From an uncultured Acidimicrobiaceae bacterium (lineage in GTDB: Bacteria > Actinomycetota > Acidimicrobiia > Acidimicrobiales > RAAP-2), in NCBI GenBank assembly GCA_963701325.1, contig OY969604.1:13710-77709 (forward strand): a stretch of 64,000 bases of DNA, given 5' to 3'. Below, piece by piece: positions 7,848 to 18,345 of the stretch. The notes beneath the pieces are model-generated. The model was not told where the DNA came from and did not search any database. It was given only the letters and a program-made list of their open reading frames with translations. The number at the start of each line of letters is the position of its first letter. The first letter of the stretch is position 1. The position numbers and the translations under genes are program-made.

Positions 7848-9011
7848 ATGGCTAATCCGATCGGGCCCTTGGGCCCGGCCGACGAGGACTTCAACCACCA
7901 GATCGTCGACACCTTCTCGACCGTGGGACCGAGCGATCCCTCGTGGACCGAGAAGGTCTGTGCGATGGCGGCGAAGCGAGACGGGACCCTGCAGCTCGGC
8001 TTCGGCCTCGGCAAGTACACCAACCGAAACATCCTGGACGGGTACGCAGGCATCTCGCGCGGTGTCGAGCAGTTGACCGTGCGCGGCAGTCGCCGACTCT
8101 TCCCGGACCCGGACCGGACGATGGTCGGACCGGTGCGGTACGAGGTGCTGGAGCCGATGAAACGGATCCGGTTCGCGCTCGAGGCCAACGAGTGCCAACC
8201 CGTCGCCTTCGACTGGGTCTTCGAGGCGATGCTGCCGCCCGCCCTCGAGGAGCGCACCCACCAGCGGGCCCCCCTCGGCTACCGGGTGAGCGCCGAGCTG
8301 GTTCGCTATCACCAGATCGGAGTGGCCGCTGGGTGGGTCGAGATCGACGGAGAGCGAGAGGTGATCGACCCGGACGAATGGGTCTCCACCCGAGACCACT
8401 CGTGGGGGGTGCGCTACGACGTCGGCGTGCCCCCGACCGACACCGACCCGTTCAATCCGGCGTCGGACATGGACTTCCGAATGATCTGGAGCCCCGTGCT
8501 CATGCAGGACCCCGACGGCAGCCGGTGGGGGCTGTTCCTGCACCTGGTCCACGCCGAGGGATTCGGCCGGTCGCACCGGACGGTGATCGGAGGAATCGAG
8601 CACACAGACGGCCGCGTCGAGCGGGTCGCTGACATCGATCTCGATCTGGCCTACGACCCGGCGAACCGGCGACTCCTCGGCGGCACGGTGACCGCGCAGA
8701 TGGAGGACGGCGGTGAACGCCGATTCCAATTCGAGGTGCCGACCCAGACCGGGTTCCAGCTCGGCGTCGGGCTGTACTTCGGGTGGAGAGGTCACCACCA
8801 CGGCGAGTGGCGTGGTGAACTGCACATCGACGGGGAACGGCTCCCGGACTGTTCAGATCCGGAGCTCGCACGTGAGATGCACCAGCTCCGGGACACCGTC
8901 GTCCATGTGCGTGATCTCGACCGCGGCGGCGAAGGATGGGGCAACTGCCAGCCGATGATCGCGGGCGCCTTCCCGCAGCTCGGTCTCACCGCAGAGTCGT
9001 CCTTCTGGTGA
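7848..9011 (+). CDS. Conserved-looking hypothetical protein (387 aa), no family recognised
   Basis: ATG 7848 follows GGAGGGAACCACC. The product has balanced, non-low-complexity composition (MANPIGPLGPADEDFNHQIVDTFSTVGPSDPSWTEKV...WGVRYDVGVPP...GWRGHHHGEWRGELHIDGE). High GC3 in this frame only. Confidence 0.6.
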   Translation: MANPIGPLGPADEDFNHQIVDTFSTVGPSDPSWTEKVCAMAAKRDGTLQLGFGLGKYTNRNILDGYAGISRGVEQLTVRGSRRLFPDPDRTMVGPVRYEVLEPMKRIRFALEANECQPVAFDWVFEAMLPPALEERTHQRAPLGYRVSAELVRYHQIGVAAGWVEIDGEREVIDPDEWVSTRDHSWGVRYDVGVPPTDTDPFNPASDMDFRMIWSPVLMQDPDGSRWGLFLHLVHAEGFGRSHRTVIGGIEHTDGRVERVADIDLDLAYDPANRRLLGGTVTAQMEDGGERRFQFEVPTQTGFQLGVGLYFGWRGHHHGEWRGELHIDGERLPDCSDPELAREMHQLRDTVVHVRDLDRGGEGWGNCQPMIAGAFPQLGLTAESSFW

Positions 9012-9040
9012 TCCGACCGTCGAGGCCCGCTGGTGTGGGG

Positions 9041-9080
9041 AGCGTCCCCGTGCCGGCCTGCCCGGCCGACACGGGGCGCT
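9041..9080 (+). terminator. Long imperfect hairpin after the hypothetical gene
   Basis: AGCG(T)CCCCGTG...CACGGGGCGCT forms an outer stem of 11 bp with one bulge. An inner CCGG/CCGG stem adds further pairing. It starts 30 nt after the stop at 9011. Confidence 0.35.
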
Positions 9081-9258
9081 GCAACCCTGCGGTCCGCCGA
9101 CAGATCGCACCGGGGAGGGTGTGGATCGGACCGCCACCCGTTCTACCAACCGCTCGGTGACGCCACCGTCACGAATGGCTGAAGCTTCGGTGAACAGGTG
9201 GTGACCGACCGGCGGACGACCACGAGCCCGGCCCGAGGGGATCGGTGCCGATCTGGCC

Positions 9259-9729
9259 TCAGAGTGTCGACGAGAGGGCAGCCAGTGCGGCGGCATCCCG
9301 CTCGGCGAGGTCGGAGATCATGGCGTCCGCTTGGCGCAGCCGGGTCCCGAGCTCGACCAGCAGCTTGTAGGCGACCGACGGTGCGGAGGACTGGAGGGAA
9401 CGGAACTCGCGCCTCGACAGCACCAGGAGGGTCAGATCGGTGTCGGCCACCACCGTCGCCGTTCGATCGCCCCCGTCCAGGAGCGCGAGCTCGCCGAAGA
9501 ACGAGCCAGGGCCGAGCACCGCGAGGGTGAGCCCATTGCGCGATGCGGTTGCCGAGCCGTCGACGATGATGAAGAACTCCTGACCCGGGGTCCCGAATGT
9601 CGCCACTTCGGTACCCTTCGTCACCTCGACCATCGACGTGAGGCTCTCGATCTCGTTGAGCTCTCGCTTCGTGCACCCCGAGAACAGGGACACGCCTCGC
9701 AACAGGTCCAGCCGTTTGTCTTTGCGCAT
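9259..9729 (-). CDS. Stand-alone cyclic-nucleotide-binding (CAP effector) domain protein, no DNA-binding domain
   Basis: 156 aa. LLRGVSLFSGCTKRELNEI...GQEFFIIVDGSA...GSFFGELALLDGGDRTATVVA is the canonical cNMP phosphate-binding cassette. Confidence 0.8.
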   Translation of the reverse strand: MRKDKRLDLLRGVSLFSGCTKRELNEIESLTSMVEVTKGTEVATFGTPGQEFFIIVDGSATASRNGLTLAVLGPGSFFGELALLDGGDRTATVVADTDLTLLVLSRREFRSLQSSAPSVAYKLLVELGTRLRQADAMISDLAERDAAALAALSSTL

Positions 9730-9809
9730 TCGAGCTCCCGCGACGAGGACTGATCCCTCTTCGGGCTATTCTCGTCACGGCCCCCGCCGAATTGCAAGCA
9801 CTGCCGGCG

Positions 9810-10241
9810 CTAGCGGGCGGTGATGTACTCCATCAGCTCGTTGCGGTCCTTCTCGAGCTCACCCATCCGGCTCTTGACCACGTCGCCGATGCTGACGATC
9901 CCGATCAGCTTCCCCTTCTCGACCACCGGCACATGGCGGATCCGCTGCTCGGTCATCAGATTCATGATCGACTGCACGTCGTCGGTGGGTGCGCACACCC
10001 GGACCGAACTCGACATGATCGAGGTCACCGGTTCGTCCAGTAGATCGGTTCGGACCTCGCTCAGGTGCCAGACGACGTCCCGCTCGGAGACGATTCCCTC
10101 GATGGTGCCATCGCCTGGTGAGACGATGAGGGCGCCCACACGGTGGCGGACCAGCTCGGCCACGACCGTCCCCACCGTGACCTCGCGGGTGACCGTTGCG
10201 ACGCTGGTGCCCTTGGCCTCGAGGATGGTGGCGACGAGCAT
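9810..10241 (-). CDS. CBS-pair domain protein
   Basis: ATG 10241 follows GGAGGGATC. Two CBS motifs (VGALIVSPGDGTIEGIVSERDVV and IRHVPVVEKGKLIGIVSIGDVV). 143 aa. Confidence 0.85.
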   Translation of the reverse strand: MLVATILEAKGTSVATVTREVTVGTVVAELVRHRVGALIVSPGDGTIEGIVSERDVVWHLSEVRTDLLDEPVTSIMSSSVRVCAPTDDVQSIMNLMTEQRIRHVPVVEKGKLIGIVSIGDVVKSRMGELEKDRNELMEYITAR

Positions 10242-10367
10242 GATCCCTCCACTTCCGGCGCGGGAATCCCGCACCTCGTTCCGGCCACGACACGGTGGCC
10301 GGAATATCATCGCGCCAGCGAGACGCAAAAGATACCGGTCCGGGTGCCTGGAGCACCCCGGTCGTGC

Positions 10368-11419
10368 TCAGACGACGGAGGCCCGCTCTGGGAAGTGGCA
10401 CGCGACCGGGTGGCCGCCGCCTCGGTCGACGAGGGCCGGAACCTCTTGGGCACAGAGCTCCTGGGCCTTCCAACACCTCGTGCGGAACCGGCACCCGCTC
10501 GGGGGAGCTTCCGGGCTGGGCACGTCGCCCTCGAGGACGATGTGCCGCCGCGAACGCTCCTTCCTGGGGTCGGGCACGGGAACGGCAGACAGCAGCGCCT
10601 GGGTATAGGGGTGCTCCGGGCGCCCGTAGACGTCGGCTCGGGTCCCCACCTCCACGATGCGCCCGAGGTACATGACGGCCACCCGATGCGAGATGTGGCG
10701 GACCACCGAGAGGTCGTGGGCGATGAACAGATAGGACACGCCGAGCTGCTGTTGGAGGTCCTCCAGGAGATTGACCACCCCAGCCTGGATGGAGACGTCG
10801 AGCGCCGAGACCGGTTCGTCGAGCACCAAGAGCTTGGGCTCCAGGATGAGGGCTCGGGCAATGCCGATCCGTTGTCGTTGGCCACCCGAGAACTCGTTGG
10901 GGAACCGGCTGGCGTGATCGGGCTCGAGGCCGACCAGCTGCAGCGCATCCGCGACCCTCTGCCGCCCGGAGCCGCGCTCCCACAGACCATGGATGTGAAG
11001 GGGCTCGGCGAGCGACTCGCCCACCGACATCCTCGGGTCGAGCGAGGCGAAGGGATCCTGGAACACGACCTGGATGTCACGACGAACCTCTCGGATGGTG
11101 CGCGGCGCGAGGCCGACCAGCTCACGACCTTCGAATCGCACCGAGCCCGACGTCGGCTCGATGAGCTGGAGCACGGCCCGACCGGTCGTGGTCTTCCCGC
11201 AGCCCGACTCGCCGACGAGGCCCAGGGTCTCACCCTGCCGGATCGAGAAGCTCACCCCGCATACGGCGTGCACGGTCCCTCGCTGCCGGCGGAAGCTTCG
11301 GTTGCGGACCGGATAGTGCTTGACCAGATCGACGACCTCCAGGAGAGGCCCGGTCTCGTCAGCGACCACTGAGGAGCCGACCCCGGTGGTCACCGCCGCA
11401 TGCGGCCCGTCCGCCGCGG

Positions 11420-11423
<4 letters not shown>
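10368..11423 (-). CDS. Peptide/nickel ABC transporter ATP-binding protein (OppF/DppF type)
   Basis: Walker [10 protein letters not shown], signature [15 protein letters not shown], Walker [14 protein letters not shown]-terminal oligopeptide-type extension. ATG 11423 overlaps the upstream TGA (ATGA). Confidence 0.9.
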
Positions 11424-12451
<1,028 letters not shown>

Positions 12452-12452
12452 G

Positions 12453-13451
12453 TCAGGCCCGGACCCTGGATTTCTTGGGGTCGAGCGCCTCGCGCAGTCC
12501 GTCCCCGACGAAGAACACCGAGAGGATCAGCAGCACGAGAAAGACGACCGGGAAGACGAACAGCCACCACTCGGTTGTGGCTGAGTCCTGGCCCTGGTCG
12601 ATGAGCAGACCCAGTGACACGTTGGGAGGCTGGATACCGAGGCCGAGATAGGAGAGGGTCGACTCGAGGACGATGCTCAGTGCCACGGTGATCGTGGCGT
12701 TGACGATGATCGGGCCAGCGGCGTTGGGGAGCATGTGACGCAGGATCAGTCTCGAGTCGGACGCGCCGAGGGCCCGGGACGCCTCGACGAAGTCTCGCTC
12801 GCGCAGCGTCAGGAAATCGGCCCGCACCAGGCGGGCGATGTAGGTCCAGGAGATCGCCCCGATGATGACCGCGAGCCAGAACCAGTTGCTCGACTGCTTG
12901 GCCACGAGGTGGGCGAGGACGACGAGAACAGCGAGCACCGGGACGACCAGGATCAGGTCGACGAACCGCATGAGGGCGGTGTCGACGTGTCCTCCGTAGA
13001 AGCCGGCGACGGCACCGACCAACGAGCCGATGACGGTCGCCAGCACGGCCACGGTGAGGGCGATCTCGATGTCCTGGAGGGTGCCGTGCATGACCTGGGC
13101 GAACATGTCGCCGCCGATGCTGTTGGTGCCGAAGGGGTGGGAGAGCGACGGCGGTGCGTTGAGGGTGTTGGTGATGGCGGTGTAGCTGTAGGTCCAGAAC
13201 AGCCCGGTCAGGATGGCAGCCACCGCGAGAGCCACGAAGATGGAGAGACCCACCAGGGCGAGCGGCTCGTGGAGCAGCCGCCGGGCCACCGTGGCCAGCT
13301 GACCGCGGGTCTCGCCCACCATGCCGTGTTCGTCGGGACCGCCATCCGAAACTGGCGGTGGCGCGCCGGGAAGTGTGTGCATGCCGGCCTCGGTGGCGCC
13401 GACCCGGTCGACGCGCTGCTGACGAGGTGAGGCATCGGAGAACTCAGACAT
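12453..13451 (-). CDS. ABC transporter permease (OppC/DppC type)
   Basis: Multi-span membrane protein with the EAA-type loop FVEASRALGASDSRLILRHMLPNA. Adjacent to the ATPase genes. Confidence 0.9.
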   Translation of the reverse strand: MSEFSDASPRQQRVDRVGATEAGMHTLPGAPPPVSDGGPDEHGMVGETRGQLATVARRLLHEPLALVGLSIFVALAVAAILTGLFWTYSYTAITNTLNAPPSLSHPFGTNSIGGDMFAQVMHGTLQDIEIALTVAVLATVIGSLVGAVAGFYGGHVDTALMRFVDLILVVPVLAVLVVLAHLVAKQSSNWFWLAVIIGAISWTYIARLVRADFLTLRERDFVEASRALGASDSRLILRHMLPNAAGPIIVNATITVALSIVLESTLSYLGLGIQPPNVSLGLLIDQGQDSATTEWWLFVFPVVFLVLLILSVFFVGDGLREALDPKKSRVRA

Positions 13452-14421
13452 ACCGGATCCGCGGGTCGAGATAGGCGTAGACGATGTCTGCGATCAGGTT
13501 GAAGAGGATCACGAACGTCGCGGTGATCAGGAGGTAGGCGAGCGTCACGTTGACATCGAGGTCGTTGACCCCGTTGAGGAACCAGACGCCGAGGCCTTGC
13601 CAGCCGAACACGATCTCGGTGATGAGGGCACCGCCGAGCACGGCCGCGAAGTCGAGCGCGATGACGGTGGTCACCGGGATGAGGGCGTTGCGGAAGATAT
13701 GGCGGAACAGGACCCGACGAGGTGAGATCCCCTTGGCTCGGGCGAGCCGCACGTGGTCGGTGTCCAGGGTCTCCAGGATCGAGGCCCGCTGGTAGATCGC
13801 CCAGGAGGAGTAGCTGACCAGGATCAGCGTGATGGTCGGCAGCACGGTGTGCGCCGCGTAGTCGGGCAGGCGCGAGAGGAAGGGGCCGGAGAGTGTCGGA
13901 CTCTGCTCGCCGTTCGTGTACAGGACGATGCGGTTGAGGTGCTCGTTGATCGGGATGGCCACGAACTCCTTGAGCAGCAACCCGACCACGAAGACCGGGG
14001 CGGCGAGGAAGAGGAAGTTGGTCACGGTGGCCACGTGGTCGCCGACCCTCCCCTGGTGGAGCGCGGCGTAGACGCCCACGGCGAGGGACAGCACGATCGC
14101 GAGGAGGGTGGCCAGGACCACCATCCGCAAGGTGACCAGCAGGTGCGATGTCAGCTGGGGCCCGACCGGTTGGCCGGCGATCGTCGTTCCGAAGTCCCCC
14201 CGGATGGCATGGGAGAACCAGATCCAGTATCGGTCCCAGAGCGGGTGGTCGAGGTTGAGGAGTTTCTCGCGGGCCACGATCGTGGCGTGGGAGATGTGCG
14301 GGTTCTCCTTGAGCGTGGCGAGCGGATTGCCCGATTCGGCGACGAGGACGAACACGAGGATGGTCGCCAGGAAGAGCACGACCACGCTGATGAGCAGCCT
14401 TCTGAGGATGTACCGGGTCAC
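13444..14421 (-). CDS. ABC transporter permease (OppB/DppB type)
   Basis: MTRYILRRLLISVVVLFLATILVF N-terminus typical of DppB/OppB, loop HVRLARAKGISPRRVLFRHIFRNA. Overlaps the next gene by 8 nt. Confidence 0.9.
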   Translation of the reverse strand: MTRYILRRLLISVVVLFLATILVFVLVAESGNPLATLKENPHISHATIVAREKLLNLDHPLWDRYWIWFSHAIRGDFGTTIAGQPVGPQLTSHLLVTLRMVVLATLLAIVLSLAVGVYAALHQGRVGDHVATVTNFLFLAAPVFVVGLLLKEFVAIPINEHLNRIVLYTNGEQSPTLSGPFLSRLPDYAAHTVLPTITLILVSYSSWAIYQRASILETLDTDHVRLARAKGISPRRVLFRHIFRNALIPVTTVIALDFAAVLGGALITEIVFGWQGLGVWFLNGVNDLDVNVTLAYLLITATFVILFNLIADIVYAYLDPRIRYV

Positions 14422-14434
14422 GGACGGACCGAGC

Positions 14435-16198
14435 CTAAGCGGTCTTCAGCCCCCACAGGTTGGCGTTCCAGGGGATGCCGGACTCGGACACATTGGGCAC
14501 GAGGTTGCCGTAGTTCGAGTTCCAGGCGAAGTAGGTGGGTACCTGGTACAGCGGCAACGTGACCATGTCGCCCCAGATCAGCTTGTCCGCCTGGTTGAAG
14601 TCACTGGCTTCCTGGCTCGCCGAGGTGGCCGCGGCGCCCGAAGCCAACAATTTGTCGACCTCTGGATTGGCGTAGTGGTCGTAGTTGGAGGAGCACGCGG
14701 AGCTCGTGTACGAGCAGTACACCGGTTGATTGCCGGACGGGAACGGTGACGAGACCCAGGCGAATTCGACGATCTGGAAGCTACCGTCCGGGAGGTTGGT
14801 CCCGAAGAGGGTGTTCGCGTCGTAGTTCTGGATGTTGATCTTGATGCCGATGGTCTTCATGTTGGCCTGGAAGAGCTGCTCGGTCTGTGAGCGGACCGCG
14901 TTGCCGGAGGTGGACTGGATGGTGAAGGTGAGGTCCTTGTGGGCCTGCGGGCCGTAGTTGGCCTGGAAGTAACCGTCGGATCCCATCTTGAACCCGAGTC
15001 CCTTGAGCAACGATTCGGCCTTGGCCGTGTTGAGCGTGGCGTAGGCTGCGCCGTTGTCAACGTACTGTGGCTGGGTCGGCATGAACATCCGGTTCCCGAG
15101 TGGGACGGTGCTCGGGTAGACCTCCCCCACGGTGTGGGAGATGATCTGCGGGCGGTTGGTCCCATAGGCGATGGCTTGGCGCACCTGGAGTTTGGCCAGA
15201 TACGGGTCAGCCTGGTTGAAGTCGATGTGCTCGAATTGGAGCCCGGGCGCGATCACCCGGGTGGTGTTGGGCACCTGGGCCGCGTTCTGGACCATCGAGG
15301 TGCTCACCGTCGAGGGGTTGATGAGTTGGACCTCGCCGTTCTGGAGGGCGGGTACCTCCTGGGTGTCGTCCGAGAAGAATTGGAAGACGATCTTGTTCAG
15401 CTTGCCCGGCGTCCCCCAGTACTTCGGATTGCGGACCAGGACGACCGACTGGTTGTTGTTGTAGCTCTGGATCTCATACCAGCTGCCCGAGATGGTCTGG
15501 GCCGGACCGGCGAACCCGGTGTTCCAGCCGACAGTCCGAGCGATGTGCGCCGGGACCAGGTTGATGAACAGGCTCTGCCAGTCGGCGAAGGGTTGGGAGA
15601 ACTTGACGGTCACCGTCTTGCCGTTGGGGCAGAGCCCAGCGTTGTTGTCGGCTGCTGATCCCGGATCGCAGGCTGCGCCGCCGGACGGGTTCGAGCCGCT
15701 GATCGAGGAGATCTGGCTGTACCCCGTGGTCGAATAGGCGTCGTAGGGCTGTCCACCGACGTCGGTGTACGCGGAATTGCCGCTCTGGGCCTGCCAGTTG
15801 TAGATGAAGTCGTCCGCGTCGATGGGCATCCCGTCCTGCCAGACCGCCTTCGGGTTGATGTTGTAGGTGACGGTCTGGGGGTTCGAGGTGATGGTGACGC
15901 TGCTCAGCAGGTCGGTGTTGAGGACCGGCTTGAGGCCGGCGTTGACGATGTAGGGCTGGGGCCAGACGATGTCGAGGATCTCCTGGAGGACGAACGAGTT
16001 TGCCGCCGTCGTGTTGATGTTGAACCCTGACAGGTTCTCGTCGAGGGCCATGGTCAGGGTGCCACCCGACTTGACCGCGCCCGCGCTCGCGCCGGACGTG
16101 GCGGTCGTGCCGCCGCCGCTGCTGCACGCGGTCAGGATGATCGAGGCGACGCCCACCAGCACCGCCGCCACGGCGAATCGTCTGCCTCTTCCGAACAT
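14435..16198 (-). CDS. ABC transporter substrate-binding lipoprotein, family 5 (peptide/nickel)
   Basis: Signal peptide with lipobox MFGRGRRFAVAAVLVGVASIILTAC. ATG 16198 is preceded by GGGAG. The ORF is open up to GTG 16231, and ATG 16210 is also possible. First gene of the 5-gene operon. Confidence 0.85.
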   Translation of the reverse strand: MFGRGRRFAVAAVLVGVASIILTACSSGGGTTATSGASAGAVKSGGTLTMALDENLSGFNINTTAANSFVLQEILDIVWPQPYIVNAGLKPVLNTDLLSSVTITSNPQTVTYNINPKAVWQDGMPIDADDFIYNWQAQSGNSAYTDVGGQPYDAYSTTGYSQISSISGSNPSGGAACDPGSAADNNAGLCPNGKTVTVKFSQPFADWQSLFINLVPAHIARTVGWNTGFAGPAQTISGSWYEIQSYNNNQSVVLVRNPKYWGTPGKLNKIVFQFFSDDTQEVPALQNGEVQLINPSTVSTSMVQNAAQVPNTTRVIAPGLQFEHIDFNQADPYLAKLQVRQAIAYGTNRPQIISHTVGEVYPSTVPLGNRMFMPTQPQYVDNGAAYATLNTAKAESLLKGLGFKMGSDGYFQANYGPQAHKDLTFTIQSTSGNAVRSQTEQLFQANMKTIGIKINIQNYDANTLFGTNLPDGSFQIVEFAWVSSPFPSGNQPVYCSYTSSACSSNYDHYANPEVDKLLASGAAATSASQEASDFNQADKLIWGDMVTLPLYQVPTYFAWNSNYGNLVPNVSESGIPWNANLWGLKTA

Positions 16199-16300
16199 CG
16201 ACGCTCCCATCGTCCGGCCGCCACGCGGCACGTCACCTCCATCGGCAACGTCACGAAACCGTAACCGAGATCCCGGGCGAGGGTCTTGACATCAATGGCG

Positions 16301-16346
16301 GGTCCGGACGGTCACCGAGCGCGTTCTCGCACGGACCGTCCGGACC
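16301..16346 (-). terminator. Hairpin between the nitronate monooxygenase stop and the ABC operon promoter region
   Basis: GGTCCGGACGGTC (16301-16313) pairs perfectly with GACCGTCCGGACC (16334-16346). 13-bp stem, 20-nt loop, 16 nt beyond the stop at 16362. Confidence 0.35.
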
Positions 16347-16361
16347 GGGCGCCCGCTCCGG

Positions 16362-17483
16362 TCAGACGGTGACCTCCGGCTGGAGGCGCTCCGAGGCCTC
16401 GATGTACTCCTCGACCATCGAGAAGACCACATCCTTGGCCTTGCGCACGGTGGTGGCCCGGCCGATGACCTGTCCGCACGGGTTGAAGTTCACGTCCTTG
16501 GCCTGTTCCGGGTAGCGGTGCCCGCGTGAGACCGCCTCGATGGCCACCATCATCTGGAGAGGCATCGGGAGCGGATCCGGGCTGTCCTCTGCCTCCCAGG
16601 CCTCGGTCCAATCGTTGCGCAGCATGCGGCAGGGCTTCCCGGTGAAGGAACGGGACCGGACTGTGTCCCGGCTGGACGCGGCAAGGTAGGTCTCCATCTG
16701 CCGGGGTGGGATGTCGGCCTCCTCGACGGTGAGCCAGAGGGTGCCCGACCACACCCCTTGGGCGCCGAGTGCGAGCGCAGCTGCCATCTGGCGTCCGCTG
16801 CCGACCCCCCCTGCGGCGAGCACCGGGATCGGTGCCACCGCGTCGACCACCTCGGGCCAGAGCACGATGCTGCCGACGTCGCCGGTGTGGCCACCTCCTT
16901 CGGAACCCTGGCAGATGATGAAGTCGAGGCCGGCGGTCTTGTGGTTGAGGGCGTGCTTGACCGATCCGGCCAGTGCGCCGATCAACCGGCCGGCCCCCTG
17001 GACCCGCTCGACCACGTCCGGCGGGGGAGTGCCCAGCGCGTTGGCGATGAGCTTCACATTGGGATGGCGCAGAGCAACCGTGAGGAGGCCGGCCGCATGG
17101 GCGGCAGTCCAGCCGATCATCCCGTTTGAGGTCCGTTCGCTTTCGGGGATCTCGGGAACGCCGTGGTCGGCGAGGATCTTGAGGGCGAACTCCTTGTGCT
17201 GTGGCGGCACCAGGCCGCGGATCTGGGCCTCGAGCTTGTCGGGGTCCATCTCGTCCATTCCCTCGTACTTGGCCGGGATCACGATGTCGACCCCGTAGGG
17301 CTTGTCGCCGACGTGCTCGTCGATCCAGGTCAGCTCGACCTCGAGCTGGTCGGGGGTGAAGCCGATGGCACCGAGGACCCCGATCCCTCCGGCGTTGGTG
17401 ACCGCGGCGACCACGTCACGGCAGTGGGTGAAGGCGAAGATCGGGAATTCGATGCCGAGCGTGTCGCAGATCTCAGTGTGCAT
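16362..17483 (-). CDS. Nitronate monooxygenase (NMO / 2-nitropropane dioxygenase family, FMN-dependent)
   Basis: MHTEICDTLGIEFPIFAFTHCRDVVAAVTNAGGIGVLG...ICQGSEGGGHTG...VLAAGGVGSGRQMAAALALGAQGVW. ATG 17483 overlaps the end of the TetR gene by 11 nt. Confidence 0.85.
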   Translation of the reverse strand: MHTEICDTLGIEFPIFAFTHCRDVVAAVTNAGGIGVLGAIGFTPDQLEVELTWIDEHVGDKPYGVDIVIPAKYEGMDEMDPDKLEAQIRGLVPPQHKEFALKILADHGVPEIPESERTSNGMIGWTAAHAAGLLTVALRHPNVKLIANALGTPPPDVVERVQGAGRLIGALAGSVKHALNHKTAGLDFIICQGSEGGGHTGDVGSIVLWPEVVDAVAPIPVLAAGGVGSGRQMAAALALGAQGVWSGTLWLTVEEADIPPRQMETYLAASSRDTVRSRSFTGKPCRMLRNDWTEAWEAEDSPDPLPMPLQMMVAIEAVSRGHRYPEQAKDVNFNPCGQVIGRATTVRKAKDVVFSMVEEYIEASERLQPEVTV

Positions 17484-18159
17484 TGGAGGGCTCCTCGGTT
17501 GCGGTTGTGGGGGACGGGATCGAGTGTGATGGTCGGCCTGCCGCACACTCCGACGCACCGTCGAGGGTGAGGCCGACGAGCGCGGCAAGGCCGCGGAGCG
17601 CGAGCGCGTCGGGGACCGAGTCCGGATCGAGGCGCCGTTGCAGGGCCAACCCTGTGAGGAGGGCCTTGACCAGTACGGCCAGGTCGGTTGGTGTCGAAGA
17701 GGGATGGGCCCCGACCGCGGTAGTCCAGCCCTCGAGCTGGCGGGCGCTGTACTGCACGGCCTCGGCATTGCGCACTCGGAGCACCTCTGCCACCTCGGGA
17801 TCGCGTGCCGCCCGGAGCCACAGCTCGTGCTCGAGCAGCGACCAGGTGGCGGTCTGCCCGGCGCTCGCGTCGGCGAGGTTGGTCCAGACGGCGGCCAGTT
17901 GGTCGGCCGGCGAGTCGCTCACCGCCACCTCGGCCAGCAGCACCGTGAGCAGCAAGTCCCGCCAGGCGTCGAGGAGTGCCAGCAGGAGCCCTTGTTTCGA
18001 GCCGAAATGCGCGTAGACCGCGCCCGAGGTCCGGCCCGCAGCCTCGCCGACCGCGTCGACCGACACCGCGTCGATGCCCTGGGCGGCGAAGAGGTCGGCG
18101 GCAGCAGCAAGCAGCAGTGCACGCGTCTCGGCCTTGCGCTCCTGCTGTGTCTTGGGCAT
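17473..18159 (-). CDS. TetR/AcrR-family transcriptional regulator
   Basis: N-terminal HTH RALLLAAAADLFAAQGIDAVSVDAVGEAAGRTSGAVYAHFGSKQGLL. 228 aa. Confidence 0.85.
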   Translation of the reverse strand: MPKTQQERKAETRALLLAAAADLFAAQGIDAVSVDAVGEAAGRTSGAVYAHFGSKQGLLLALLDAWRDLLLTVLLAEVAVSDSPADQLAAVWTNLADASAGQTATWSLLEHELWLRAARDPEVAEVLRVRNAEAVQYSARQLEGWTTAVGAHPSSTPTDLAVLVKALLTGLALQRRLDPDSVPDALALRGLAALVGLTLDGASECAAGRPSHSIPSPTTATEEPSNAH

Positions 18160-18292
18160 GTTCCCCCGGCGCTCCTGGGGTCCGGTCGACCGACCGACCC
18201 GCTCCTGCGCCCACTATATATCGGAAGCGTTACGCAAGAGGCGGGGATGCCGGCCTGAGGGCGCGGCCCTACAGTGGGCCCATCAGTGGACG

Positions 18293-18333
18293 GGGTCCGA
18301 CTCCAGAGGACACGGGTCCCGCTCCACAGGACA
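18293..18333 (+). promoter_or_regulatory. Tandem 20/21-nt direct repeat immediately upstream of the aldehyde dehydrogenase RBS
   Basis: GGGTCCGACTCCAGAGGACA (18293-18312) and GGGTCCCGCTCCACAGGACA (18314-18333) match at 17 of 20 positions with a 21-nt period. The repeat ends 2 nt before AGGAGGAGG. A 9-bp palindrome GCGTTACGC is at 18227-18235, beside a TATATAT patch. Confidence 0.3.
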
Positions 18334-18345
18334 AGGAGGAGGATC

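Noticed and set aside
9012-9258. 247-nt gap between convergent genes as a possible small RNA locus
   Set aside because: It contains only terminator-like hairpins (9041-9080 and weaker ones). I see no promoter-like AT-rich element or conserved motif. The ORFs there (8936-9160, 8853-9296) are junk-like. Left as unassigned.
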